64,000 nt of DNA from an uncultured archaeon (lineage in GTDB: Archaea; Iainarchaeota; Iainarchaeia; Iainarchaeales; 1-14-0-10-31-34), in assembly GCA_964442255.1 (NCBI GenBank), contig CAYTYC010000004.1, positions 1,416 to 65,415 on the forward strand, written 5' to 3'. The notes beneath the pieces were generated by a model. That model made no database searches, was not told the origin of the DNA, and saw nothing but the letters and a program-made list of their open reading frames with translations. This document shows positions 1-7,662 of this stretch, piece after piece. Each line of letters starts with the position of its first letter. Within the stretch, counting starts at the first letter, position 1. The position numbers were made by a program, and so were the translations under genes.

Positions 1-356
1 AGCCGTATTCCTGGTCGGTGTTGGTGATTGTCACGTAAAGGTAGTTTCCCCCGCAGGAGTTTTCTTCATCATGCCCCTCCAAAGTTACGGGCCCTGAAAC
101 ACTTAAATCGTATCCCCCGTTCCCGCAGGGACTGCTGCAGCAGTACTCTTCATCCAATGAGCTGAGCAGTGTTCCATTGCATTCGCCCTCTTCGCAGCCA
201 AAGCCTTCCTGTTCCTGGCAGGTTTTAAGCAGGCATTTTCCGTCAATGCATTTCTCGTTTTCCTTGCATTCCATTCCCTCGCAGGAGTGCACCATTTTTG
301 TCGTGCAGTTAAGCGGGCAGCACCTGTTGGATTTACGATTGCCGAGATTACCGAGA
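1..356 (-). pseudogene. Continuation (different frame) of the Cys-rich modular secreted protein; open to the window edge, and disrupted relative to 357..812 by a frameshift linked to a tandem duplication
   Basis: The minus-strand frame stays open from 356 to 1. It encodes the same Cys-rich module type (..NRCCPLNCTTKMVHSCEG..EEYCCSSPCGNGG..NSCGGNYLYV). A 37-bp perfect direct repeat (295-331 and 371-407) straddles the stop at 357-359. Confidence 0.45.
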
Positions 357-812
357 TTATGTAGACAAAATTTTTGTCGTGCAGTTAAGCGGGCAGCACC
401 TGTTGGAGTCCAGGGAATTAATGTATGCCCCGGTGCAGTATTCTTCCGCTGAACAGATTTCCCCTTCCCTTTCCCCGCATGTTTCAGGGTTTTTTACGCA
501 CGGCCCGGAACAGCATTGGTTGGTGTCAGAGGCGGAAATAAAGTTTTCCGGGCAGTAATTTGCCCCGGTGCAAATTATTCCCCCTTTCCCGGAGCACGTT
601 TTTTCCTTAAAGCATTCCCCGAGGCAGCAGCGAATTGAATCGCTTGTGGCGATTGTGCCTGACTTGCAGCCTGTTTGGCAGATCTTTCCCCCGATTTCAG
701 TGCAGCTCCGTGCGGGGCAGTCCCAGTCAATTGACGCGGTGCAGTTTTTCGGACAGTAATCATCTCCGTTCACGCATTTAGAAACCCCTTCCGGGAACCC
801 CGCCTGTTTCAA
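357..812 (-). CDS. Cys-rich modular repeat protein (probably secreted), likely with an alternative TTG start; apparently a fragment of a longer disrupted gene
   Basis: 151-aa ORF with ~35-aa repeats of the pattern C..YC...(R/Q)CC...C. The listed start translates from TTG. The downstream frame continues with the same modules. Confidence 0.5.
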   Translation of the reverse strand: MKQAGFPEGVSKCVNGDDYCPKNCTASIDWDCPARSCTEIGGKICQTGCKSGTIATSDSIRCCLGECFKEKTCSGKGGIICTGANYCPENFISASDTNQCCSGPCVKNPETCGEREGEICSAEEYCTGAYINSLDSNRCCPLNCTTKILST

Positions 813-880
813 TGGGCGGATGAGGGGTTTTTGCAGGCCGTTTACGGGAAAAAAACCCGGCGGGTTTTAATCCGCCGTAG
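781..880. repeat. Copy A of a ~100-nt repeat element (R1): terminator-like hairpin plus T-run on the minus strand, followed by a conserved 60-nt segment
   Basis: gaaacccCttccgggaaccccgccTGtttCaatgggc...gccgtttAcggg aaaaaaa cccggcgggttttaatccgccgTag is nearly identical to 16366-16470. Both stem-loops are conserved and their loops covary. Confidence 0.7.
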
Positions 881-1086
881 TTTAGTTGTAAGGGTGTTGG
901 AGCATTTTTTTGGGGTTCCACTGCACAAGTCTATTGTTGCCTTGTTTTGGTCGTTGCAGTCCGAATTTTTTTTGCATTCATCCAGGTCAGCCGGCTCTTG
1001 CCCCGGGTTCCCGTTTTCCTGTTCCGTGCACCCAAAAAAAGAAGCAATCCAATCAGGCAAAATGCCGCGGCAATTTTCCTTTCCAT
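842..1086 (-). pseudogene. Small secreted Cys-rich protein with a frameshift in a T7 homopolymer (signal peptide in one frame, Cys-rich body in the +1 frame)
   Basis: ATG at 1086 gives MERKIAAAFCLIGLLLFLG (a signal peptide) and then runs into a stop. The adjacent frame (listed ORF 842..1060) carries ..DLDECKKNSDCNDQNKATIDLCSGTPKKC.. The frames join at cttcttttttt(g). The ORF's 3' end reads through the R1 terminator hairpin. Confidence 0.45.
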
Positions 1087-1138
1087 TTCGGTTTAATAAA
1101 ACGTTTTTTTTTTTTGCTTAATAAGCCTTTTGCTTAAA

Positions 1139-1210
1139 GCCTCTGGCGAGATTTGAACTCGCGGCCTTCCGGTTACAAGCCGGATGCTCTGACCACTAAG
1201 CTACAGAGGC
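1139..1210 (-). tRNA. tRNA-Thr (anticodon UGU), 72 nt, no intron, CCA not encoded
   Basis: Folded by eye on the reverse complement: acceptor GCCUCUG/CAGAGGC, D-arm GCUU-AGUGGUCAG-AGC, anticodon arm UCCGG-CUUGUAA-CCGGA, T-arm GCGAG-UUCAAAU-CUCGC. Confidence 0.85.
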
Positions 1211-1302
1211 ATTAATATTTAACTTTCCGGGGAAAAGCCTTTAAATTTCTGCTTCAGAAAAAAAAAGCGTTAAAAGACCTTTCCTCCTTCAACCTTTTTA
1301 CC

Positions 1303-1932
1303 ATGCCTTTTGAATGCAGGAACTGCGCGGAATGCTGTAAACGGTATTACATAACCCTTTTGCCGGGGGAGGCAGCAAAGCAAAGCGAATTCCTTGGAAT
1401 CCCCTTAAAGGAGTTTGTTTCCCGGCACACGCAGCTTTACGTCCAGTTTTTTCCTTTTCCTTTCTCGAAAAAAAAGCTTTTAATCCACCGGAGAATGGTG
1501 CCAAAAAAGTTTATCTCCAAAATTGACGCCCAATTGGGGGAAATGCACGAGCATTTTTTGGTTTTGCCTTCCATTGCCCTCAAAAAAAACGGCGTCTGCG
1601 CTTTCCTTGAGGGAAAAAAGTGCCTGATCCATGAGGTCAAGCCCGCGCAATGCGGGCTTTTTCCCTTTATTTTCATGGAACCCGGAAAGGATTTGCTGGA
1701 ATTGTATCCCTTTTGCCTAGGGCTTAAGGAAGGCGGGAAAAGGGAGAACGCCTTGCAGGAGTCCCGCGCGCATTACCTGAAAATAAAGGATTACTTTGAT
1801 TCCGTGCGCGAAAAGGGCTTTACTTCACTGTGGAAAGAAATTCCTGATGACGGGATTGCCGCGCTGGACTCCAAGCTTCTTGGAGGAATTTCAAAAAAAG
1901 AGTTCTTTAAGCTGATTGCGCCCTATAAATGA
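1303..1932 (+). CDS. YkgJ/UPF0153-family putative Fe-S or zinc-chelating protein (CxxCxxCC motif)
   Basis: N-terminal CRNCAECC motif and a C-terminal Cys pair typical of PF03692-like proteins; 209 aa. Confidence 0.6.
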   Translation: MPFECRNCAECCKRYYITLLPGEAAKQSEFLGIPLKEFVSRHTQLYVQFFPFPFSKKKLLIHRRMVPKKFISKIDAQLGEMHEHFLVLPSIALKKNGVCAFLEGKKCLIHEVKPAQCGLFPFIFMEPGKDLLELYPFCLGLKEGGKRENALQESRAHYLKIKDYFDSVREKGFTSLWKEIPDDGIAALDSKLLGGISKKEFFKLIAPYK

Positions 1933-1933
1933 C

Positions 1934-2635
1934 TCAAACCTTAAGCAGCCCGTTTAAGTGCAGGAGCTGCAGGGCCTGCACGAATTTTTCCGTTCCTTCC
2001 GAGTTTTCAAATTTTTTTTTCCTGTATTCAATGAATTCTTCCATCAGCGCAGCCGCTTTTTCTTCCACCGCCTCTTTTTTTAGTCCGGCTTCCTCAACCG
2101 CAACCCGAAAGTTTTTGCTTTCGCCCAGACCTGAAGCCAAAACAGTTTCCTTTTTTTCTTCCGCGCTTTCAATCATTTCCTGCGCAATTTCATATGATTC
2201 CTCGCGCGCAAGCAATGCGTTCGCGTTTCCTTCCGTTGCATACTTTAAAAGCACAAAGTATGCGGCCTCCTTTTTTGCCAGTTCATCCAATTCTGTTTCT
2301 GAACCGCTTGCCCTGATTTTTTCCAGTGTAACCGTTTCCTTTCCTTTAATCCACTCCAAGTCCTGGATAAAGGATTCATAAACTTTTTTCAGCAGCTCCA
2401 TTCTTTCCTTTTGATTTCCTTTCAATCCGCTTGAATCCATCTCATTTAACGCCTGCTTTGCTTCATTTAAATTGTTTTCCAGCTCTTGATGCGTTTTTTC
2501 CGCAAAGCTTTTGTAGTGCTGAATTTTTGAGCCGTTTTCCGCTGTAAACGGGTTCAATAAAACTATTCCAATTCCGGCCGCCACTACAATAAAAACCCCC
2601 AAAAAAACCAGTTTTCCTTCTTTAGTCGGTTCCAT
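1934..2635 (-). CDS. Membrane-anchored coiled-coil hypothetical protein
   Basis: 233-aa ORF with an N-terminal TM helix (LVFLGVFIVVAAGIGIVLL) followed by a charged, E/K-rich helical region. Confidence 0.5.
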   Translation of the reverse strand: MEPTKEGKLVFLGVFIVVAAGIGIVLLNPFTAENGSKIQHYKSFAEKTHQELENNLNEAKQALNEMDSSGLKGNQKERMELLKKVYESFIQDLEWIKGKETVTLEKIRASGSETELDELAKKEAAYFVLLKYATEGNANALLAREESYEIAQEMIESAEEKKETVLASGLGESKNFRVAVEEAGLKKEAVEEKAAALMEEFIEYRKKKFENSEGTEKFVQALQLLHLNGLLKV

Positions 2636-3197
2636 TTAGCACCATTTTTTCCTTTACTTCTTCCAGGTTTGCTTCCGTGTCCTTGCATCCGTCCTTTAAC
2701 AGCATTACCCCCTGTGCGGGAACGCCGTATTCAGCCATCTTGCTGAAACCCAAATTCACTTCGTCCTTGCACGCCAGCCCCAAGACTGCTTTGGGTTTGT
2801 ATTTTTCAGCGAGCTTTGCGAGCATGCTTCCCCCGGGAACAATGAACACGTGCCCGTAGCCCAGCTTTTTTGCCTCGTTTCTCATTATTTCAACTGGGCA
2901 GTTTTTGCATGCCGCGGTTTTCCTGCATTCAATTCCTTCTTCTCCGGGTCTTGCCTTGCATCCCTTGGGCTTTTTAAGGCAGTGGGGAAGGAAGAGCATG
3001 CGGTCCTTGAAGGGAACGCGCTTGAATTTGGCTTCATTCAGTTTGTTTCTGAGTTCAATGTGCGTGTAGGAAACAAGCCTGTCGCTTAAGCCCAGTTCTT
3101 TGCCTATTCTTTGCGCGGCGTTTGCCGCGTTTATGTGCGCGCCGGAGTCAATTAGTGAACTGACCGAGTCCCGTATTTGGTCGTAAATGGAGCCCAT
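2622..3197 (-). CDS. DUF116-family Cys-rich protein (predicted metal-binding)
   Basis: FLPHCLKKPKGCKA...C..C..C pattern typical of archaeal DUF116 proteins; 191 aa. Confidence 0.55.
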   Translation of the reverse strand: MGSIYDQIRDSVSSLIDSGAHINAANAAQRIGKELGLSDRLVSYTHIELRNKLNEAKFKRVPFKDRMLFLPHCLKKPKGCKARPGEEGIECRKTAACKNCPVEIMRNEAKKLGYGHVFIVPGGSMLAKLAEKYKPKAVLGLACKDEVNLGFSKMAEYGVPAQGVMLLKDGCKDTEANLEEVKEKMVLNGTD

Positions 3198-3257
3198 ATT
3201 TAACCCTGTCCATGGAACACTTTTAAAAAGGTTTTCAGCCCCATTTTCTGCGAGAGC

Positions 3258-3599
3258 ATGATTTTCATTGGAAAGGTTTTGAAGGTTTTGAAGCCTGACT
3301 CAAAGGACGTGGAGTCCTTTGACAAAACCGTGCAGGTTTTTTGCCACATGTTTGACGGAAACAGCGTTTTTTTGGACGTGCAGCCCTCGCTTTCGGATAA
3401 GGTGAAGCCCGGGGACTTTGTTTTGGCGCGTTACCCTTACCAGAACGAGCCCTTCATAATAAAAATCTTAAAAGGCAAATCCGGCTCGGAGCTTTTCAAC
3501 AAAATGTCTGATTCCCTGAAAAAAAAGCGTGAACAGCAGCAGGCCCAGAAAAGGGCAGCCGCTCCTGTAATGGATTTCCAGAATCCGATGATTCGCTAG
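3258..3599 (+). CDS. Hypothetical protein
   Basis: 113-aa ORF with an ATG start, well separated from neighbouring genes; no recognisable motif. Confidence 0.4.
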   Translation: MIFIGKVLKVLKPDSKDVESFDKTVQVFCHMFDGNSVFLDVQPSLSDKVKPGDFVLARYPYQNEPFIIKILKGKSGSELFNKMSDSLKKKREQQQAQKRAAAPVMDFQNPMIR

Positions 3600-3601
3600 T
3601 T

Positions 3602-3748
3602 ACTGGCTTTTTTCTTTTCCTTTTTTTATTGCGTAATAGCCGAATATTGCAAGCAGTGCCGCGTAAAACGAATTCATTAACGCGAAAACAATAAAGATTG
3701 CGCCAGTAATAACCATCATTTTCTTTTTCGTTTCAGTTGAAACCATGC
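3602..3748 (-). CDS. Small (48-aa) single-TM membrane protein
   Basis: Translated by hand: MVSTETKKKMMVITGAIFIVFALMNSFYAALLAIFGYYAIKKGKEKSQ. Not in the ORF track because it is under 60 aa. Confidence 0.3.
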
Positions 3749-3924
3749 CAAAAAATAGTGTTTTCTGGTATTTAAGGCTTCCGAATCAGCTGGCTCTGTA
3801 GAAATAATTTATAAAGGCAGTTTTTCAGTCTCATAAACTGCAAGCATTTGGCAATTAAACGCGTTTCAAATCCCAAAAATTCACATTTCTACCCCGCCGA
3901 ATCAGCTCGAAAAAAAGAAAAAAT

Positions 3925-4180
3925 TGCCCCGGCCGGGATTTGAACCCGGGTCACGGCCTATCCCCCCACCTGCAAAACCCATATTTATAAGGGATTGAGC
4001 GTAAGCGAAATCCCTTGACGTATGCGCATGTAAACCGACAGTGGCGGTTTCCCTGAAAATTAAGGGAGGTACCGGAACCATAGGTTCTGATTCCCCCGAA
4101 GGGTATCGGAGGTATCGGAACCACGGAGTGGTTCTGATTTTGAGAGGGCCGTGTGCTTGACCGGACTACACTACCGGGGC
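3925..4180 (-). tRNA. tRNA (probably Glu, anticodon CUC) interrupted by a ~184-nt intron at or near the canonical 37/38 position
   Basis: The 5' exon at 4144-4180 reads GCCCCGG-UA-GUGU-AGUCCGGUCAA-GCAC-A-CGGCC-CUCUCA. The 3' exon at 3925-3959 reads A-GGCCG-UGAC-CCGGG-UUCAAAU-CCCGG-CCGGGGC-A. The acceptor and anticodon stems pair perfectly only when the intervening 184 nt are removed. Confidence 0.7.
3979..4052. repeat. Conserved two-hairpin element (copy 1), inside the long tRNA intron; shares a ~70-nt core with 15472..15543
   Basis: catatttataa-GGGATT(N12)AATCCC-ttGACGTATgcgcatGTAAACCGACAGTGGCGGTTTcc is near-identical to the second locus. Hairpin 2 is AAACCG/CGGTTT with a 7-nt loop. Confidence 0.7.
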
Positions 4181-4217
4181 CTCTAAGAAATGGTTCCGGG
4201 AACGCTTTAAATGGTTT

Positions 4218-4880
4218 TTGCTTGTGCTTTCTTTAATGAAGTTTAAGGCTGTTTTCTTTGACTTGGACGGAACATTGGTGGACAGCATTCCCTTGCATGC
4301 CTCTTCCTTTCACGAGCTTTTACGCGAATTGGGTTTGGAAATGCCTTTGGAGGAGCTTGTTCCAATGATTGGCCAGACCAGCCAGCAGATGTTTGAGGAA
4401 TTCAATAAAAGAAAGCCGTTGGGTGTGAGCCTGGAAAAATTTTTTGAAATGCGGAGAACTTACTTCAAGAAAGCGATTGGAGAAAAGGACATCACTTTTT
4501 CCCCCGTGTTCGGGGTTTTAAGCGAACTTAAGGGAAAAATTCCTTTGGCGCTTGTAACCAATTCCAGCCATAAAACCACTTTTAAAATAACCACGAATGA
4601 AAGGCTGAGAAGCTTTTTTGACGTGATTGTCACTGCGGGGGACGTGAAAAAACCCAAGCCAAACCCTGAACCCTTTGAGCTTGCCGCCAAAAAACTGGGT
4701 GTTCCGCTTAAGGAATGCGTTTTGGTTGGCGACGCAGTGCAGGACGCGGAGGGCGCAAAAAACGCGGGAATTCCTTTTATTGCCGTGACCACGGGAATCG
4801 CTTCCAAGGAAGAGCTGGAAAAATTCAGGCCTTTCGCTTTAATTGAGTCCCTGGAAGGGCTTATTCCACTTCTACTTTGA
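4218..4880 (+). CDS. HAD-superfamily hydrolase (subfamily IA; phosphatase or beta-phosphoglucomutase-like)
   Basis: FFDLDGTLVDS motif I, conserved T/S motif II, and a K...GDxxxD motif III (LVGDAVQD); 220 aa. Confidence 0.8.
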   Translation: MLVLSLMKFKAVFFDLDGTLVDSIPLHASSFHELLRELGLEMPLEELVPMIGQTSQQMFEEFNKRKPLGVSLEKFFEMRRTYFKKAIGEKDITFSPVFGVLSELKGKIPLALVTNSSHKTTFKITTNERLRSFFDVIVTAGDVKKPKPNPEPFELAAKKLGVPLKECVLVGDAVQDAEGAKNAGIPFIAVTTGIASKEELEKFRPFALIESLEGLIPLLL

Positions 4881-5169
4881 GTCCGCCCCTGATTTTTGCC
4901 GCCCCATTGTAGAACAGTGCCGCTATGCCTGCAAAGATATATGCTGCCGCGCACAGGCAAATAAGGTAAAAAAGCAAGGCAGCCAATGCGCCCGGCAGGT
5001 CAGCCGGAAATGTGAAAACCATTGGAAACTGAACATTTGCAGGTCTTTTGAAGGCCATCACTTGAATCAATGAAAGCACGCCTGTAATTAGCCCATAGAT
5101 TAGCGCCATATAGAAGCCCACCTTTGAGGCAACAAATGGAGGAACCCTTTTGATTTCCCTTTCAACCAT
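4861..5169 (-). CDS. Hypothetical membrane protein (3 TM helices)
   Basis: 102-aa hydrophobic ORF with an ATG start. Confidence 0.4.
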   Translation of the reverse strand: MVEREIKRVPPFVASKVGFYMALIYGLITGVLSLIQVMAFKRPANVQFPMVFTFPADLPGALAALLFYLICLCAAAYIFAGIAALFYNGAAKIRGGLKVEVE

Positions 5170-5295
5170 GCCAAAGAATACTTTTTTCTTGTTTAAAAAT
5201 CTTTTTCTGCACCCATTATTTGCCCCGAATGAAGAACAGGCTGAGCTTTGAGTTCCGCAAGGAACAATGAAATGGATTATGAGTTCCGAGGGGCT

Positions 5296-5577
5296 TTAAT
5301 TCTTTTTAAGGAACAAGGCGCCTGCGGCCACCACTATTACCCCAAAAACAGCCTTCAAAAAACCGTAAAAGGTGAAAATTCCCGCCAAAACCTGCAGCCC
5401 GGAGAAAACATCAAGTGCGCCTGTTTCCGCGATTGAGCCAAGCGCCTGTATTTCGCTTACCTGCTGCCCAATGAAGCTCCCGAAAAGCCCTCCCGCAAAA
5501 ACGGTCACAAGGCCTTCAACAACAAAAAGCGCCCCAATTAAAACCAATGCAATCCCCAAAAGTTTTTCTTTCTCCAT
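5296..5577 (-). CDS. Hypothetical small membrane protein (Gly/Ala-rich TM helices)
   Basis: 93-aa ORF with 3 predicted TM helices. Confidence 0.4.
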   Translation of the reverse strand: MEKEKLLGIALVLIGALFVVEGLVTVFAGGLFGSFIGQQVSEIQALGSIAETGALDVFSGLQVLAGIFTFYGFLKAVFGVIVVAAGALFLKKN

Positions 5578-5583
5578 TTTTTT

Positions 5584-5988
5584 TCAGCCCCAGTATTTCA
5601 TTCCCTCTTCAACACTTAACATCCGCCACTTTATTTCAGCGTCTTCCTGGAAAACGTACCTGTCGATTGCCTTGTCCGCAAAGTTTTCGTTCACAAACAG
5701 CGCCCAAAAATGCTTTGAATCGGCTTCCACTCCGTCAATTGATTTCATGAACGCGCCGTAAAGCGATTCACTGTAAATGACATCAAATTTTTCTTTCATT
5801 GCCTGCAGCCCGTTTGAGCCTTTTGGAACCTGCACTGTTTCCTCTTTTACTTCCCCGCCGGCTTCCACTGTCAGCTTTATGGTGACTGTTTCGCCTGAGG
5901 AAGGAACTTCAGTCCCCGGACTTGTACATCCTAACGTCAGTGCGCTTACCGCCATCAACACGAGTAATGCTGACCACTTTGAGTTCAT
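5584..5988 (-). CDS. DUF4430-domain lipoprotein
   Basis: Lipobox signal peptide MNSKWSALLVLMAVSALTLGC. The C-terminal W..FVNE....A.D.Y.F.EDAEI.W pattern matches DUF4430 (W..YVNG....Y.L.DGD.I.W). Confidence 0.6.
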   Translation of the reverse strand: MNSKWSALLVLMAVSALTLGCTSPGTEVPSSGETVTIKLTVEAGGEVKEETVQVPKGSNGLQAMKEKFDVIYSESLYGAFMKSIDGVEADSKHFWALFVNENFADKAIDRYVFQEDAEIKWRMLSVEEGMKYWG

Positions 5989-6604
5989 TTTCTTCCCTCC
6001 TGAGTTTTAACAGCGGAGCCGCCATTCTCGCGAAAACCGCGTTGCTTCCAATGTGGGCCGCGGAAAAAGGCAGTGAAGCCATAAAATAAAACGGGATTGC
6101 GAGCAGCCCGAACGCGAGCCCTGTTCCAAGCATGAAGCTTCCTGAAATGTTCATCACAATTTCAAAGAAAACCGTTCCCAGCACGCTTAACACAATTAAG
6201 TCCCGGGTTTTTGGTTTCCTTAGTTTTCCAAACACCCCGCCCGCCGCGCCGGGGAGTGCAGCCCCGAGCGCCTGAAAGATTGTCCACGGCCCCTGAAGCC
6301 CCCAGATAAAAAAGTTGGAGATAATGTAGGCCGCCCCGCCCAGCGCGAAGCCTTCTTTTGCGCCCCAAACCATTCCCGCTGCAATAGCCAAAGGAATGAT
6401 GGGCTCAACGGACGGAATCCATTGCGCGGCAACCCTTCCGCTTACAGCCAGTGAAAGCAATCCGAGAAAAACCGCTAAATTCTTTAATTCCCTTTTGCTT
6501 TTTCCTTTCGCGCGTTCTTTCGAGATTTCCTTAAGTATTTCTTCTTTTTCCAGCTGGAGGGCTTCGGTTTGAGCCGTTTTTTGCTTCAGCCTGCTTTCCT
6601 GCAT
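5909..6604 (-). CDS. Polytopic membrane protein, possibly an ECF-transporter S-component-like protein
   Basis: 231 aa with 5-6 TM helices after a charged coiled N-terminus. Adjacent to the DUF4430 gene and overlaps it by 80 nt in another frame. Confidence 0.35.
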   Translation of the reverse strand: MQESRLKQKTAQTEALQLEKEEILKEISKERAKGKSKRELKNLAVFLGLLSLAVSGRVAAQWIPSVEPIIPLAIAAGMVWGAKEGFALGGAAYIISNFFIWGLQGPWTIFQALGAALPGAAGGVFGKLRKPKTRDLIVLSVLGTVFFEIVMNISGSFMLGTGLAFGLLAIPFYFMASLPFSAAHIGSNAVFARMAAPLLKLRREENELKVVSITRVDGGKRTDVRMYKSGD

Positions 6605-6641
6605 TCTTAAAATATTATGAAAGTAGTTTTATTAAGGGTGA

Positions 6642-6733
6642 TGCCGGTGGAGGGAATTGAACCCTCGACCTCACGATTTCTCCGCTGGAAAGCGTATGAG
6701 TCGTGCACTCTAACCAGGCTGAGCTACACCGGC
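6642..6733 (-). tRNA. tRNA with anticodon CAU (elongator Met or Ile2) carrying a ~17-nt intron at 37/38
   Basis: Reverse complement reads GCCGGUG-UA-GCUC-AGCCUGGUUA-GAGU-G-CACGA-CUCAUA[CGCUUUCCAGCGGAGAA]A-UCGUG-AGGUC-GAGGG-UUCAAUU-CCCUC-CACCGGC-A. The G1-C72 pair argues against an initiator tRNA. Confidence 0.8.
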
Positions 6734-6751
6734 TTGCCAAAAAATTACTGG

Positions 6752-6772
6752 AATGGAACCTTTAAAAAAAGC
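6752..6772 (-). promoter_or_regulatory. Putative archaeal TATA box for the tRNA(CAU) gene
   Basis: On the minus strand, TTTTTAAAGG lies ~25-30 nt upstream of the tRNA 5' end. Confidence 0.4.
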
Positions 6773-6870
6773 TGTTCCACAGCCTTTTCAAAAAAGGCTG
6801 GCGAAAAATGGTTTTCGGTTTTTTCAAAAACCATGCAAAACCTTCGGTTTTGCGTGGCCACGTGACGTTG

Positions 6871-6925
6871 GAAACCTGCAGGTTTCCGACGCGTCGAAAA
6901 ACTGAAAGTTTTTCAACGAGCCTTG
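6871..6925. promoter_or_regulatory. Cluster of three perfect palindromes downstream of rpiA (terminator or protein-binding candidates)
   Basis: The palindromes are ggaaacctgcaggtttcc (18 bp), cgacgcgtcg (10 bp) and gaaaaactgaaagtttttc (8-bp arms), back to back. Confidence 0.4.
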
Positions 6926-6955
6926 CTTCACATGGAGGCTGGCGAAAACCCAAGT

Positions 6956-7618
6956 TCACACCAGCCTGCTTTTCACCAGGATTTTTTTGTTGTGCAATAC
7001 AACCTTGTCCGCGTAACCCAAAAAAAGCCCTGACTCCAGTACTCCGGGAATGTCCTTGGACTGGTACTCCAGGTCCTCCAAGGAATGGATTTCGTCCACC
7101 GCAACATCAACCAAATAGTTTCCTGACTCGGTTTTCATTATCCTGTCGCCTTCTTTCCGCAGGTGTGTTGAGCCAAGGTTTTCCAATTGAATAATGGTTC
7201 TCTTGTAGCCGAAAGGGGTTATCTCGAAGGGAATTACTCCCCCCAGCCTTTCCGCAAACGCCTTTTCGTCCGCCACAATGATTAAGGTTTCAGCGCTTTG
7301 CGCAACCATTTTGTCCCTCACAAGCGAGTGGGAATCCCTTTTAATGTAATTGAAGTCCCGGTCCACCAAATCCGCGAACTCCACAGCCAAATCGATTTCA
7401 TGCTCGTTCAGTGAAGTTAAAGGCAGTTTGAGTTGCGCCGCAATTGTTGTAATGTTTGCGGAGGTTGGGACGACCTTTAAGTCCAGCCCTTTTTCCTCCT
7501 TATGCAATGCGATTTTTTTCAAAAACTTTTCCCCTAACTCGCTTGACCCTATCCCCAAAACCTGCCCGCCTTTAATGAACCGGGACACGAAATCTTCCAT
7601 TCTTTCCTCGGAAAGCAT
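6956..7618 (-). CDS. rpiA: Ribose-5-phosphate isomerase A homologue (divergent)
   Basis: GIGSS near the N-terminus, VVPTS, IDLAVEFADLVD (aligns to the IDxAIDGADEVD motif) and IIVADEKAF; 220 aa. Several catalytic-motif residues differ from the canonical RpiA sequence. Confidence 0.6.
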   Translation of the reverse strand: MLSEERMEDFVSRFIKGGQVLGIGSSELGEKFLKKIALHKEEKGLDLKVVPTSANITTIAAQLKLPLTSLNEHEIDLAVEFADLVDRDFNYIKRDSHSLVRDKMVAQSAETLIIVADEKAFAERLGGVIPFEITPFGYKRTIIQLENLGSTHLRKEGDRIMKTESGNYLVDVAVDEIHSLEDLEYQSKDIPGVLESGLFLGYADKVVLHNKKILVKSRLV

Positions 7619-7662
7619 TTTTTTTTACCACTTAAATATAAAGCCTTTCCCTTAATAATTTT

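Noticed and set aside
295-407. Possible CRISPR array suggested by the 37-bp perfect direct repeat with a ~39-bp spacer
   Set aside because: There are only two copies, and they lie inside coding sequence where they encode the same peptide (NRCCPLNCTTK). It is a tandem duplication, not a CRISPR array. No other CRISPR-like arrays were seen in the window.
177-452. Plus-strand 91-aa ORF at the window start
   Set aside because: It is antisense to the Cys-rich modular gene and spans the 37-bp duplicated segment. Its translation has no coding-like features.
3925-4180. Split tRNA (separately encoded halves, Nanoarchaeum-style) as the explanation for the separated tRNA halves
   Set aside because: Both halves are on the same strand, in the correct order, and only 184 nt apart with no intervening promoter-like break between exon 1 and the intron. 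A single cis-spliced long intron is the simpler reading.
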